Shown one piece after another: positions 1 to 12,500 of a DNA stretch of 64,000 bases. The notes under the pieces are model-generated. The model made no database searches and had not been told where the DNA came from. It saw only the letters and a list, made by a program, of their open reading frames with translations. The DNA is from Paecilomyces variotii (lineage: Eukaryota), in the NCBI GenBank assembly GCA_004022145.1, contig RCNU01000002.1; one strand, written 5' to 3'. The translations under genes and the position numbers were made by a program. Position 1 is the stretch's first letter. Each line of letters begins with the position of its first letter.

Positions 1-95
1 GAGACGGATCTACCATGGGAGTTGCAATTGTCTCGTGCGGTGTGTGCCTTTGCCGGTGATCCATGCACTTTTCTTGAATAAATTCCACCAACATC

Positions 96-1764
96 ATGTC
101 GTCGCCCAAGGAAAAGGAAGGAATCGCACTTGATGAGATCAATTCCATCCATATCCAACATGTCGATGGGCTCAAATCAGCACCAGAAATGGTTGATCCG
201 CAGAAAGGCGCCGTGAATGCGTTTCTTATACTGGCATGCATTGCCTTTGGCTCTGCTTCATTCCTGTTCGGCTACGATGACAAAGTCATCTCTCCTATTG
301 CCGCCTTGACTGCATATGTAATATCACTATCTATCTGTCAGAAGTCGATTGTGGGAGACCACCGTACTGATCTCATGATTCTCGCAGGTCGAAAAATACC
401 AGGGTCCCAACCCCGTCACGGGGAAATTGGTCCTGACTGCACGGAATCAGAATCTAGTCTTTGCCGTCCCCCTTGTCGGATCAATCATCGGTGGTCTTGC
501 AGCATCCCCTCTAAACAACCATTTTGGTCGCAAATATCCGTTACTGGCGGCATACGTCTTCTCCCTCGGAGGAGGCTTCCTCCAGCTCTTTGCACCTAAC
601 CTGGCTGCATTCGTCGCTGGACGCTTCTGGAACGGCACTGTTATCGGTATCGCCAATGCAACTGCTCCTCTATACTTGTCTGAAGTAGTCCCACCGTCGA
701 TGAGAGGTCGAAGTGTGACTTCGATCAATATCTTGTCACTCATATCTGGCGTCGTCTCTACTGTCATAGTGAACGGCACACATGACCTCGAAGGAAAAAA
801 ACAATACATGATCCCACTTGCTGTACAATGCGGACTCCCTGTTCTTCTGTTCTTTCTTACTTTCCTCCTCCCGGAAAGCCCTCAGTGGCTGGTGAGCAAA
901 GGACGCATGGAGGAAGCCCGCCGCAATCTTCGCAAACTCCGTGGATTCTCCGATATGCAAGTGGATGATGAGCTACGGGTCATGAAGCTCTGCGAGGACA
1001 ACGAACGAGCCCTCACTGCCAACGTACGATTCTGGGAGATCTTTGATCGACAAAATCTCAAACGTACCCTTACCGCTGGGTCTTTCTACTCTTTGAACCA
1101 GGTATCTGGCGTCATCCTTTCGACCACTTATACTACCGTCTTCCTCACGGAGCTCGGAGTCGGTGACGCATTCACATTTACCGTTATCGCATCTTGCTGT
1201 ACCCTGGCGGGCAGCATCGTTGCTCCCTTCATCATCGACCGTGCCGGAAGACGACCCACGGCATTTGTAGGAATGACCCTCCTGCTCATGATCGACGCTG
1301 CTGCCGGAGGCCTCGCCTTTGATACACAAAACAAGCAATCCGTACTAGCCATTGCCGCATTAGGATTCATTTTCAATTTCTTCTGGGGGGCCTGCTTCTA
1401 CTCACTCTCCGCACTGATGCCGTCGGAGATCGCAACGCCCAAGTTGCGCAACCACACCATGGCATACACCATCGCATGTGCTCAAACGACAGCCGTCATC
1501 ACAACATTTGCAGTCCCACAATTGACGTCTGCGGACGCAGCGAATCTGGGTGCGAAAACATATCTCATCTTTGCGGGTCTGATGGCCTGCATCATTGTTT
1601 TTGCTTTCTTTTTCATGCCGGAAACAAGAGGGCGCACTTTTGCGGAGATTGATGAGATGTATGATGCTAACATTCCCATGTGGAAGTGGCGGAAATACCA
1701 GACTACAACTGAGGCTAAGCAGACGAAGCTGGTTTCTCCTGAAGAGATGCTGTCGGGTGTATAG
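96..1764 (+). CDS. MFS sugar porter (maltose/alpha-glucoside permease-like); 2 exons, intron 318-387
   Basis: ORF 96-599 gives the N-terminus (SASFLFGYDD). The GTAATA..CTCGCAG intron joins in frame to ORF 427-1764, which has sugar-porter motifs FGRKYPL, YLSEVVPPSMRG, LPESPQWL, DRAGRRP, MPETRGRTFAEIDEMY and ~12 hydrophobic segments. Confidence 0.93.
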
Positions 1765-2364
1765 ACACATTTTAAGAATGAGGGGTTTTGTATATACTTC
1801 TCACCTTCGGTAGGGGGCTGACATACTCACAACTTAAGTACCTAAAAGAAGAAAAAGTTCATGTATATTTGTCGAATGTTGAATGGTACGGAAGGAAGGT
1901 CTGATTCGAACTACCTTAAATTTGCTTGCTTGAATCTAGATCTGGGGCGGGATTTGAACCCATATTTATCTTCTACCATATAGCATACAAAGAATCTAGA
2001 TCCTAGTGATCTAGTAAATTCCGTCCTATGTTTAGAACTTGCTATAAACGCACGATTGACAGATCACCTGGACGTACGCTTTGTGCGCCGACAATATTCC
2101 ATTTTATGACGACTATCTGTAACCCAAATAGTAAGTCTGCATGTAAAAGAACCGCCTATACTCTGCTATTTTCTAAGCTGATAACAAGATTATCTTACGA
2201 AACCTCTTTTATAGAAATGCTTTTAAGGATGTGATTAGGTATATGACCCGGTTGAACGTAAAGATACATTGGAAGTCATCTGAAACGGAAAAGTAGACCG
2301 AACATACGGCCTAAACTCGGATATCCTAAGTTGACACTATAACCTAGTAGGAACAAAAAGGGAA

Positions 2365-4597
2365 TCATCCTTGGGAAGAAGGCGCAACAAGTTCAGCTGT
2401 CTCTTTGTACTGCTCCATGTAAGGGTGGTTTCCTCCACGGAGAGTCTGTAGCAATTGCATATATTTGCTTGCCAGAAGTTGCAGTGCTGGACCGCTTGTT
2501 GAAGTGGAGCCTTCCATATTCCCAGTATTGTAAGGCGCCATTATTGCGCTGGTTGATATATTATACAGTTTTTCAATCTGTGGTCAGTAAGTATATGTTC
2601 AGTACCAGAATAGCCATTCCTATGTGGCGTTTTCACTTACAATTCCAATCCCGTGGACTTCCATTGCGCTGATACGCAGCGACCTGCAGACATCTAACGT
2701 GCGCTCGGCGACACTGTACGCGAAATCAAAACGCAGCTCCGGATGCTCAGAATCAGATATTAAAAGACCGTGAGTCAGGCAGAGATGCCATATTCTGTTC
2801 TGCACCCACTTCTGAGTGACAAGCACATCCGCGCATTGGGTCTCAGATAGAAAGCTTTGCAGAATTCTCGTTGTCTCTGCCGAGTGCAGAAGACTGGAAT
2901 GATCGGGATCGAACCAATCGTTACTCCTATATCGACTAGGATCGCTCACGCGGGCGAGATTTTCATGCATGCTCAAGGCCTTTCTTTGATCAAGTATCTG
3001 GCACCGTCCTTTGCTGGCGTTGCATCGAGCGTTCCAACATTCGACTATGTCTTCGTCTATAGAGTCAAATATCTCCATGAGGAGGGCTAGACCCATCATC
3101 CCTGCAGCATCTTTTTCATTATGGACGATGATGCCGGAGACAAGACTGTGTGTAACGTTATGGATAAAGTCGTCAGTAGGACGCATCGTAAATCCAGGTC
3201 TCCCAGTGAAGCTGATCGAATGTCGGCGTTGAAGTGCATACGCTCTGGTATCTGGGGTCAGCTCCGTCATGAGAATTCTCTATCAGGAGATCGATGTTAC
3301 CTTTCTGTCACAGAGAGTACCAAGTAAGTCCTCAGCCATTGGCCCTTCTCTTCACCTGAAAAATCAAGGTAAGTGTTGGGATCATTCAGACGTAACGTGG
3401 ATGCCAAATCAATGGCCTCGCGCAGTCGCAGCCGTGCCGCATTATGCTGGTTACTTCCAAATAGATATCCAAATAGGAAAAAGCTGGTCAGGACAGCTTC
3501 CAATGTCGGATGCTCGCCAAAGTCGGATGAACTGCGCATCTTTGTTGCCTCATTCATCATCAATCTGGCTTGATCGGCTCTTGAGGAGGAAGTAGGGCGT
3601 TCACTGATGTCGATCGGTTGCGTCAAAGCAAATGCGCATACTGACAGCAGCATGGCACCAAATTGTGGGTTTCTTCGATGCTCTTGGGACAGAATCCTGA
3701 TGAAGATAGAAGACCGGTTGAGAACCGGTAATGTCGGATGAAGCCGATCGAAATACACATCGATCCAAGGAACCAGGCTGTTGTCATGGATATAGGGCGG
3801 CCAAAAGGCTCCCATTTGCTGCTGATCATTCGAGGACAAGACATCAGAAAAGGAAACGTTCAAAGGATTCTCAGGTTGCAGGTTAATGGCACTGGCCCCG
3901 AGATCACCGTCAATAAGGGGAGGAAGAGTCGTTTTAACATATATATTACTTCCAGAGAAACTGAAAGCCGGCGTCTGCGCGCTAAGGCTATCAGGAAGCC
4001 AGTACTCAAGGTCACGGTTCTCGCTCCATGAAGTAGAGCCGTTATCTAGGGCTGGAGTAGACATGGCAGCAGCATCATAGGCCGAGGTTGGCCCCTGGCC
4101 CATTTGGTGCTGTTGCAGGTGGTGCGTGTCCACATGGGAGATAACTTCAGAGTTAGATATCGATGCAGATGGAGATGAGTGAGCGTCAGTTGCACTGGTT
4201 CCATGACTGGACGGACGCTCTCCAGTGAAATGATGAACGTCAGTCTGAACGGGGTGCTTCCTGGATTGGATCTGCTGCTGTCGAATTTCTGACACGCGGC
4301 TTGAAAGAAATTGTCAGGAAACTTTAGCTATATATAGATTGATATTGAGGGAAACATACCGACCAGCCGGACCGCGTTTCTTCTGCGGTCTGAGAAAGGT
4401 GCATTCGAATCCCATGGAAGCGCATGTTGCGCATGGTCTGGATAGGCTGCACTACATTGATATTCGTATGTAAGCACACACTGTCATGTAATTAAACGAT
4501 ATAGCCTCCGCACCCTAGTTTTTCGTAATTTACATTGGTCGCAAGCTCGCAGGGTGCTGTTCCTTCCAGGAAGCCTGGGAGAGCTCGCAGCATCCAT
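2365..4597 (-). CDS. Zn(II)2Cys6 binuclear-cluster transcription factor with fungal TF middle-homology domain (AmyR/MalR/InuR-like); multi-exon
   Basis: ATG at 4597 reads MDAASSPRLPGRNSTLRACDQCKLRKTR, intron, then CSLSRPCATCASMGFECTFLRPQKKRGP (6 Cys). ORFs 3297-4295 (YFDRLHPTLPVL) and 2620-3270 (QCADVLVTQKW, MEVHGIGI) follow. The last exon reads LQTLRGGNHPY...SSQG* with the stop at 2365-2367. Confidence 0.9.
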
Positions 4598-5280
4598 GAC
4601 GTGAGGATCTCTTGGCAGCCAACTGCATGGTTGATATAACCGCAGATCTTGGCCGGACAGATTTCAATTAAACGCGCAATGCATGATAGAATTCGTCCCC
4701 AAGATAAGCAAGTTAACAGCTAGCAGAGCCATAATGTGATCAACGATATAGTTACATCTGGAGTTGCCCACGCGGCTGGGAGAAAAAGGAGTGGAGACAG
4801 CACATGACTTCCCGAACGGGTAATTGTCACATGACTCCATTGTTTCATATCGAGGTTTCCTTGCTCTTTCTTGCATGAATGTCCATATTTCCAGCTCGGA
4901 TAAGATATCTGCTGTTACGTCCTGCGCATTAATCTTACATATAGGCCGTCGTATTACTGCGACCGTGCCACAGCTGTTCGCGGGGTCCATGGAGTGATGT
5001 GGGTCCACCGTTGGACTGTGCAGAGTGGGGAGCATGTTCATATGGTACTCTACACCAGTATATTATTATCCCATTCCGCATTCAGATTGTTCAGGAACTG
5101 AATATAGATCAACCTAACAATAGGCGTCTAGAATTTGCCTTGATTGGCCGTCTACACCGCTTCTCATCGAGTCCACGGATCCATTGTCGTCCGCGGAGCG
5201 CGCCGTTTACATGAAGGATGTGGTCCATTTATCGCAGTGCATCCAAATCCTGCATGTCTATTGCATTCTGGAATGAAGGC

Positions 5281-5288
5281 TATATAAG
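5281..5288 (+). promoter_or_regulatory. Putative TATA box of the O-methyltransferase gene
   Basis: TATATAAG lies ~170 nt upstream of the ATG at 5453 and is followed by a doubled GAAATTCAAAGT (5314-5325, 5335-5346). Confidence 0.4.
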
Positions 5289-5452
5289 GGGCTATGACTG
5301 AATCCAGGATGAAGAAATTCAAAGTGAAAATACGGAAATTCAAAGTCCTGGGCTTGATCTTGAACAAGTCGCAAGATCATTACACTTCTACCTTTACAGA
5401 TTTAGCTCCTCTATCCTTATAGAAGAATTCTACGAGCGTTTGATCTTTCAAG

Positions 5453-6955
5453 ATGTCGTCACCACCATCATTAAAAAGCATTGCAAGTAGCCTATCTGCT
5501 AATACAAACCTCCTCACCCAACTCCTCGAAGAAAAGGGTCTACCGCAGCCATCGCTCTCTGTCCGCGATGGACAGCAGACCGTACCTGACAGCATAGAAT
5601 TCGAACAACTTCATGCAGCAAGAACAGCTATTCAAGAACAGGCGCAGCTCCTATTAGATTTGGTCACCGGCCCGGTTGAAATGGCTACCACATGGCCGAT
5701 CTGCGTATGGACATGCATTGGTTTGATCTATATAGAGACATGTATGTACAAGACTAACAAATACACATCTTCTATACAGAGCCTCCATGACACCAGCGCC
5801 CTCATTCTCATTTACCACTGCAAACTGTACCAGCACATCCCTCTCAATGGAACCGCTACATTCGAAAACATCGCAGCGAAATCTGGCCTCGATATCCACC
5901 GCACCCGTCTCGCTCTGCGTCACGCCATGACACGCCGATTCTTCTGCGAACCCCAACCGAATCATGTCGCTCATACTGCCGCGTCCGCACTTCTCGTTAC
6001 GCAGCCTGACTTTGTCGATTTCCTCGGGCACCAACTGAATGATACTCTCCCTGCCGTCGCGAACCTATCGAAAACAATCGATAGGTACGGGAATTCGACA
6101 GAACCAAATCACAGCGCGACGAATGTTGCATTTGGCACTGACGAAAATCCAATGAGTTTCATCGCTTCTGGAACGGTTTCTGGACCCAGGTTCAGTGGAG
6201 CTATGAGATGGGTCGCTAAGACAGGGTCGTTCGATGATCGGCATATAGTTGAGAATTATCCGTGGGATGACTTCGGGGAGGGGACGGTTGTCGATGTACG
6301 TTACTTTCTTATACTGCATGATGCATGCAGTTTTGGAGATGTTTATCTACAATTTTTCTTTGCAGATACTAATCGAAACAACAAACAGGTGGCAGGCGGA
6401 ACGGGTCATTTATCCCTATCCCTGGCGCAGGCGTACCCCAAGCTCAGATTCATCGTTCAAGATCTCCCAGAGCAGGGAAAAGCTTTTTCGGTCCCTTCAC
6501 ATCTACAAGACCGCGTCCAATTCATGTCTCATGATATGTTCCAGCCGCAACCGATTGCAGCAGATGCCTACATCCTCCGTCTAATTTGCCATGATTGGCC
6601 GGATGTAGCGAGCTCTCAGATTCTTCGCCAGCTGGTACCTGCGATGCGGGACGGGGCGAGGATTATCTTGGTCGAAGCGGTGATGTTGGAGCCGGGGCAC
6701 GTATCTGGGCCGGCGGAGAGGGTCTATAGGTATGACTATTTAAAGACTTCAAATCAAGAAAACGAAAGAAGACTAACGTGTTAATTGAACAGTACATCTG
6801 CACTCCACATGGCCGTTACGTATAACGGCAAAGAACGCACCGAGGCAGAATGGGAAAATATCATCAAGAATGCAGATTCTCGGTTGAAGCTGAATCGAGT
6901 CATTACTCCTAGGCGAAGTCACTGTTCAGTGATTGAGGCTGTCTTCCACAGTTGA
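5453..6955 (+). CDS. SAM-dependent O-methyltransferase (Methyltransf_2, fungal secondary-metabolite type); 4 exons
   Basis: Motifs LRHAMTRRFFCEP, VAHTAASALL, TVVD|VAGGTGH (spliced SAM-binding motif), FIVQDLP, HDMFQPQPI, ADAYILRLICHDWPD. The final exon reads NGKERTEAEW...SVIEAVFHS* with TGA at 6953-6955. Confidence 0.92.
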
Positions 6956-7830
6956 AGCTTAAGCTGACGGAGTAACTACTCCAATCTAGCAACTTTTTAG
7001 GATAATCATCTCTACTCGATTTGAGATACTCCTGTGGCGTGAAAACACAAATGCTCTCCTGTCCGCTCTATCAGAGCGTAGGACCGCAACGTCCCTTGAT
7101 GCTACGGTTTGGGATAGCCTGGCAGTATATGATAAACAGCAACTCGTGATATTAATGCCACCATACTCTGCTTCCGGAAAGCTTCGGCAATGTTAGTGTC
7201 AGTTCAGTCAAAAGCGTCGTGGATAAAGTGACTCTTTTAACAACTGCGACATCAATCAACCAAACATTAATTACAAGTGAAGTTAATAGCTCAACTGCAG
7301 GAAATCACCTGTGAACCGGTTAGTTATACCTTACTGCCCCTTAATAAATGACATAGCAGACGCCATTTTACGCCTCGTACGCTGCTCATCTCGATGCGGA
7401 TGTATTACGGTAAAGGTATCTATTGGATTGCAAAGAAAGCGGCATTTTATTAGCGAATAGAATCTGTGGCCGAAATGCCCGCGGCAATCTGATCAGCTTT
7501 TATTCACCGAGCGTCGTCCTTTCTTTGAACACATTCCCCCCTTTTTTTATTTTCCCACGGAACTGCGGCTTTTTGTCTGTTTCTGTATAATGGAAATGTA
7601 ACTGCGGTATGCGATCTCGTGGCTCATTCTTTTCCATATCGGATAGTTATTGCTCGGTGGATTTGGAGATGATTCTTGATAACTAAGTTCCGTTTTTGGT
7701 CACTCGTTAGTTATATCATGTCGCTTATAAAATGGATGTTGATTAGATTCTCACCTGCTGCGATTTTCAGTCTAGATCAGAAGCATGAATAGAAAGGATC
7801 TGCATAGCCGGTTCTTCAGCTCCTTTCATA

Positions 7831-8331
7831 CTACTTAGACCAATCCTGTGACATCGCCCAGTCTAGAAAGCCCGGTGACTGCATCTTCTCCATAAGCGCA
7901 CGTCCCGCCTTCTCATTCTCCTTCGCCCTCTCCAAATCCTCCTGCGTAGGCACCTGCTCCAATTCCCTCGTCTTAATCAATCTCTCTTTCTTGTCACGAA
8001 TTTTCTTCAGAATTCCATCCAGAGTCGTCGGCCTAATAATCTCGTAGATATCGAAGGTCATTTGCCCGCCTGCAAAGCTAGGTAGTACCGCCCTCCGGCT
8101 GAAAACAGACCTTGGATTTCCCCTGACTCCGGAGTAGTGTGCATTATGGGGATGGGGTTTTCAAGACCACATCGTTTTGCAATCCTGCCCCATTCTCCGT
8201 CAAGAAAATCTATGTAGTCAGGGTCTGTAGTCCATCCTTCAGGGATTTCTTCGGGCTAGCTTCTGTTAGGGCTACCTACTGAGCAGAGACCTGGAGAATT
8301 TGGAGTAACTTACACTTAGAGAGTGACTCAT
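7831..8331 (-). pseudogene. Small hypothetical gene split by an apparent frameshift near 8060
   Basis: ATG at 8331, an 18-nt exon, then intron 8313-8256 (GTAAGT..CTAAC..TAG). Exon 2 reads PEEIPEGWTTDPDYIDFLDGEWGRIAKRCGLENPIPIMHTT...GRYYLALQAGK* (TGA 8060-8058). Protein-like sequence continues in a different frame as ORF 7831-8061. Confidence 0.5.
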
Positions 8332-9504
8332 GGTTATGAGATAGTAGCAATAAGGAAGGTTGTGTAAGTGGTGAAGAAGATAGATGGCTTGGGAGTGGTT
8401 AAAAGGAAAGAAGAACACAACTATGGATGCCTACTTGACTGCCATGTGACATGGAGATGACGGAGAGTCGGAGACTACTACAACCAAAAAAAAGCTAGAG
8501 ACGTCCTTACTAGGTACTTTTGAGGGTTTAAGCCCAATTCTAGTTTATTCTGTCTGGTACTAGTTAATAAATCCCTATATAATGTTCCTAAACCTCGGTA
8601 GGCAGCTGCCCCTTCGGAAGACCTGGGCTGACCTGTGTACTCAGAGAGCTTGCTCTCTATCGCTCTCTGTCGATCTCAAGTCTAAGAACCCAGAAACGCA
8701 CAGAGACATCTTCGTCGTTTAGGATGTTTTGTTTTAACCTGACCTAAAGGGACTGAGAGATCTGCAGGTGCGGACTGTAGGCTGGCGTCGTGAATATCAG
8801 AGTAAAGCAAAGAGCAATATACGGAGACAGGTGAAAGATCCCGGTCAATTAAGAGAGCTATAGGGAGAAGGGGAAACGGAAAGTAGAGAATATAATGTTT
8901 TCTCTCTTTTTAATCATTATTCATTTATTTTTTTTAATCTGCAATGCCGGTCGTCGTCACGTATATGTAGACAAGATAGGCACTGACAGTCAACGGCACT
9001 GACTAGAGTTGATGACATAAATCCACTCGCAGATACCGTAGATGGCCAGCTGGAACCGATCAGTATCTGAATCCACCAAAGAGACCCACGATATTATCAA
9101 GATCCAGGAGAGAGTTGAGAGGTGTCTATAGAAACCAGAACATCGAGAAAACAAAACCAAAACCATATTGGTATAGAGGCGCCGATTTCCGCTGATAAAG
9201 AAAATGCCAACATCATTAGAGATAACGCCATGAACACTTGCACGCTTTGTCGCATATAATACATGTGAAACACTCAACGCCTTTTGCTGATTGTGTTGAT
9301 CGTCATTAATCGGAAACAGATAGAACAATTTTTTTTCGGATGCCCACGCAGCGGCCATCAAGCTGAGAAGGTTGCAAAAAGGGGAAACCAGCCCTGGTAT
9401 CGCACGCAGGCAAATTATTAAGATGTCTTATTCGGAAATCCTTGCAGGCAAAAAGAAGAAACGAAGCCTGAAATGAAGATTGCATCATTGAGACGCTCCA
9501 GTCT

Positions 9505-12500
9505 TTAAGCGGTAGGAAGGATGGGAACGCCGCCGCCAACGAGTTCGACGATCTTGCTGGCAACCGCGGCGGGATAACCACGCGAGAGCATCTCCTGGAC
9601 GACGCCAGAGGCGCCCTGGTGATCTTCAGACGCCAAGAAAGCTCGAGTCATGGCTTCGTAGGTACTAGGTTCGCGCTTCTGGATACCAATACCGTCGTAG
9701 ATCGACTTGGCATTCTCAATGTTGCCTTCCGCAGCCCAGCCGTGGATAAGAGTGTTGGCAATGTAAGCAGTCATCTCAACGTTTCGGTTGGCCATGTCCT
9801 TGAGAAGATCCGCGGTGGCCGAGACCTGGTGGTTGGCAACCATCGCCTCGAAGAGAGCTTGGTACAAGCAGGGCTGCAGACGAATTCTGCCGTTTGAGAC
9901 GACAGAATCGAAGACCTTGCGAGCACCCTCCATATCGTGCATAACACAGCCCTTGGCGTGGATGAGAGAAGCGTAGTGAACGGCCTCCGGGTGCTGTCCG
10001 GCGGCCTTGATCGATTCCAAGACCTTCTCAGCAGCAGCCATGTCCAGCGGCTCCAAAGAGGCATAAGCATCAATGAGAAGCTTGTAGGTGTGCATCGTCG
10101 GTTGGATGTTCTTGGACTGCATGCGCTCGTAGTAGGCGAGAACCTTACTACGATCACGCTTGGTGTTCAGGAAGTACTGGATCATGGAGTTGTAAGGAGC
10201 CGGACGGGCCTTGTAGTTGGGCATGGACTCCATCTCATCAAACATCTCTTCCGCGAAGCGCTCGTCGCTGACACGGCAGAGTGCGTTGACAATGGTTCCA
10301 TAGGTGACGCTGGTGGGGCGGACACCGGTGGCACGCATCTCGGCAAAGTACAGCAGGCAGTCATCAATCCTGCGGGCCTTGCCCAGCTTACCGATCAGGG
10401 CATTGTACAAGAAGGAAGTGGGTTCGACACCCTCCGCCGTGGCTCTGTGGAAGATCTTCACAGCCTCCGTGGCCTCGTCGAAGGTCTTGGTCGATTCCTT
10501 CAGGGTGGTGATGTACAGCCCAAACGTGTTGGCAGATGGAGCTGCACCCATGTTCAGCAACTCCTGGTGGTACTTGGCAGCCAGGTTGCGATCACCCAGA
10601 GATAGGCAGGCCGCAACCATGGCATCCAGGATCGACACCCATCCGTACTTGACGACACTGTACTGAGGGATGAGCGGGACGTCGTGGCGGGCCATACCCA
10701 GAATATCATGGACCAAGTTCATGCGGCCACACTTGGCAGCAGCGGTGATGAGCTTGGCATAGGTGATGTAGCGAGGGTGTCTGCCAACACGACGCATATT
10801 CTTGAACTTCTGCAGGGCCTCGTTCAGGTGCGAGTCTGGGCGTCCGCTCGTGCTCTCCAGCTCGTCGGCAATGATGGCAGAGCCACGGTAGTCGGTAGTA
10901 TACGCGTACGGGTCGAAGGTATCCTCCGTCGACGGGGCACTGGACACGGGGGAGGACTCGGAGACGGGCGTGTATCGGGAGGGCGTGTACGGCTGCTTGA
11001 CCATCGGAGCCAGGTGGTCCTGCCATCTCTGAGCGATGTCCGGGCGGCTGTCAGCGAGCTTGGCCATGGCCTGGTCGACCAGACGGGTGGTGAAGGCATC
11101 CATGGGCAGTCCGGTAGATAGAGCAATGTCGACCATATGGGCGAAGCGGACGGGATGGGCAATGTCGAAGATGGCGGAGTTATTCAAGAGCATGCCGGCC
11201 TGGACCTGCAGGGCGAGAGTGAGGTCGGGGGCGCTGAGCTGGGAGATACCCATGGGGCCCAGGCTGGCGATGGCATGTTCGGCGACGGGCGACACCAGCC
11301 CGCCGTTCTCGACCATGGCCCAGAGGAGGGTGATAGCGGCCTGGGGAGAGAGCACGGCGGCAGTCTGCATGAGGACACGACCGAGCAGCTCCAGAGCCTC
11401 GTCGATCTCCTCACGGACGGGCAGCTGACGGTGATGGTGGTGGTTATGAGAGCGGATGCGAGCGAGCATGCGACGGGCCTCGGCCAGACCCTCGTCGACC
11501 TGGCCGCTCTTGAGGAGCGCGACGGCGTACATGGCCGTCGGCTGGATCCAGTCCGGCGTAGCCTGACTCCGCGCGAGCACTGACCAGAAGGGACGAGCAG
11601 CCGCGACGTTGCCTGACCGGACGTGCAGCGCCAGCATCGACACGGCCGCCTCGGGCGACTCCGAGGTCAGGCCATCGTACACGGTGCACGCAACTCCCGC
11701 ATCGCCTGCGTCCGCCGCGGCCATACAGATCTTGCTCAATGCTGCTTGCAAAGAAGCCCCCTGGAGCCGGCTCTTGGCCTGCTCCACGGCCTCGCCAAAG
11801 CGGCCGCCGTCGAGCGCGTCCTGCACCAGCGCGTCCTGCACAATCACCTCCTCGACCGCCTGCTGCCGCTGCTCGCGATCCTCCTGCACACTGTCGAACG
11901 AGGACCGGATTCGCTCCAGGAAGCGGAGGCCGCTCTCCTTCTTGCCGCACGAGAAGTACGCCCGGATGAGGGCCGCGTACACCTCGCCGTCCCGACGCTC
12001 GACGATGCCGAAGATGCCTTTGTCGTCGGCAATGGCCAAGGTCCGGTACTCGTTGTAGCACTCCACCGCACTCTTCAGGTCGCCCATGGCGGCAAAGGCG
12101 TCAATCATCGGGGGGAAAATAGCCGCGTGAGGGATGACCTTGTGCGTCTCCATATGGGCGTAGATGCGAATCATGTCCTCGACTTGGCCGTCTTCCGCAC
12201 AGGCCGTTATAAGCGAGCGGTATACCGGTAGCGGGAACACGAGTTCCGGATGGCGTGTAGTGGCCGTCGTGAAGAGCTTCATCGCGATAGCCAGAGAATG
12301 GTCTTCCGCCAGGAGCTCACGCTCCACCTCGCTGGATTGAAACATGAACTTGCCAGGTTCCTCCATCCCTCCGAACCGGGTGCGCTGCTGCTCGAGCACC
12401 TCCTTGGCCCGGATCGTGTCCATGGCTCGCGTGACGAGCAGCTGTACGAGCGTCTTGTACGTCTCCTCGCTGGGAATCACACGGCGCCGAAGCATGTCCG

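Noticed and set aside
2307..2320. CGG-N8-CGG (AmyR-type Zn2Cys6 site)
   Set aside because: It lies between two convergent 3' ends rather than in a promoter, and such a short motif is expected by chance.
8590..8830. Possibly structured intergenic sequence considered as ncRNA (telomerase RNA, RNase P/MRP)
   Set aside because: I could not identify a template, conserved boxes or a convincing fold by eye. An Infernal/Rfam scan would be needed.
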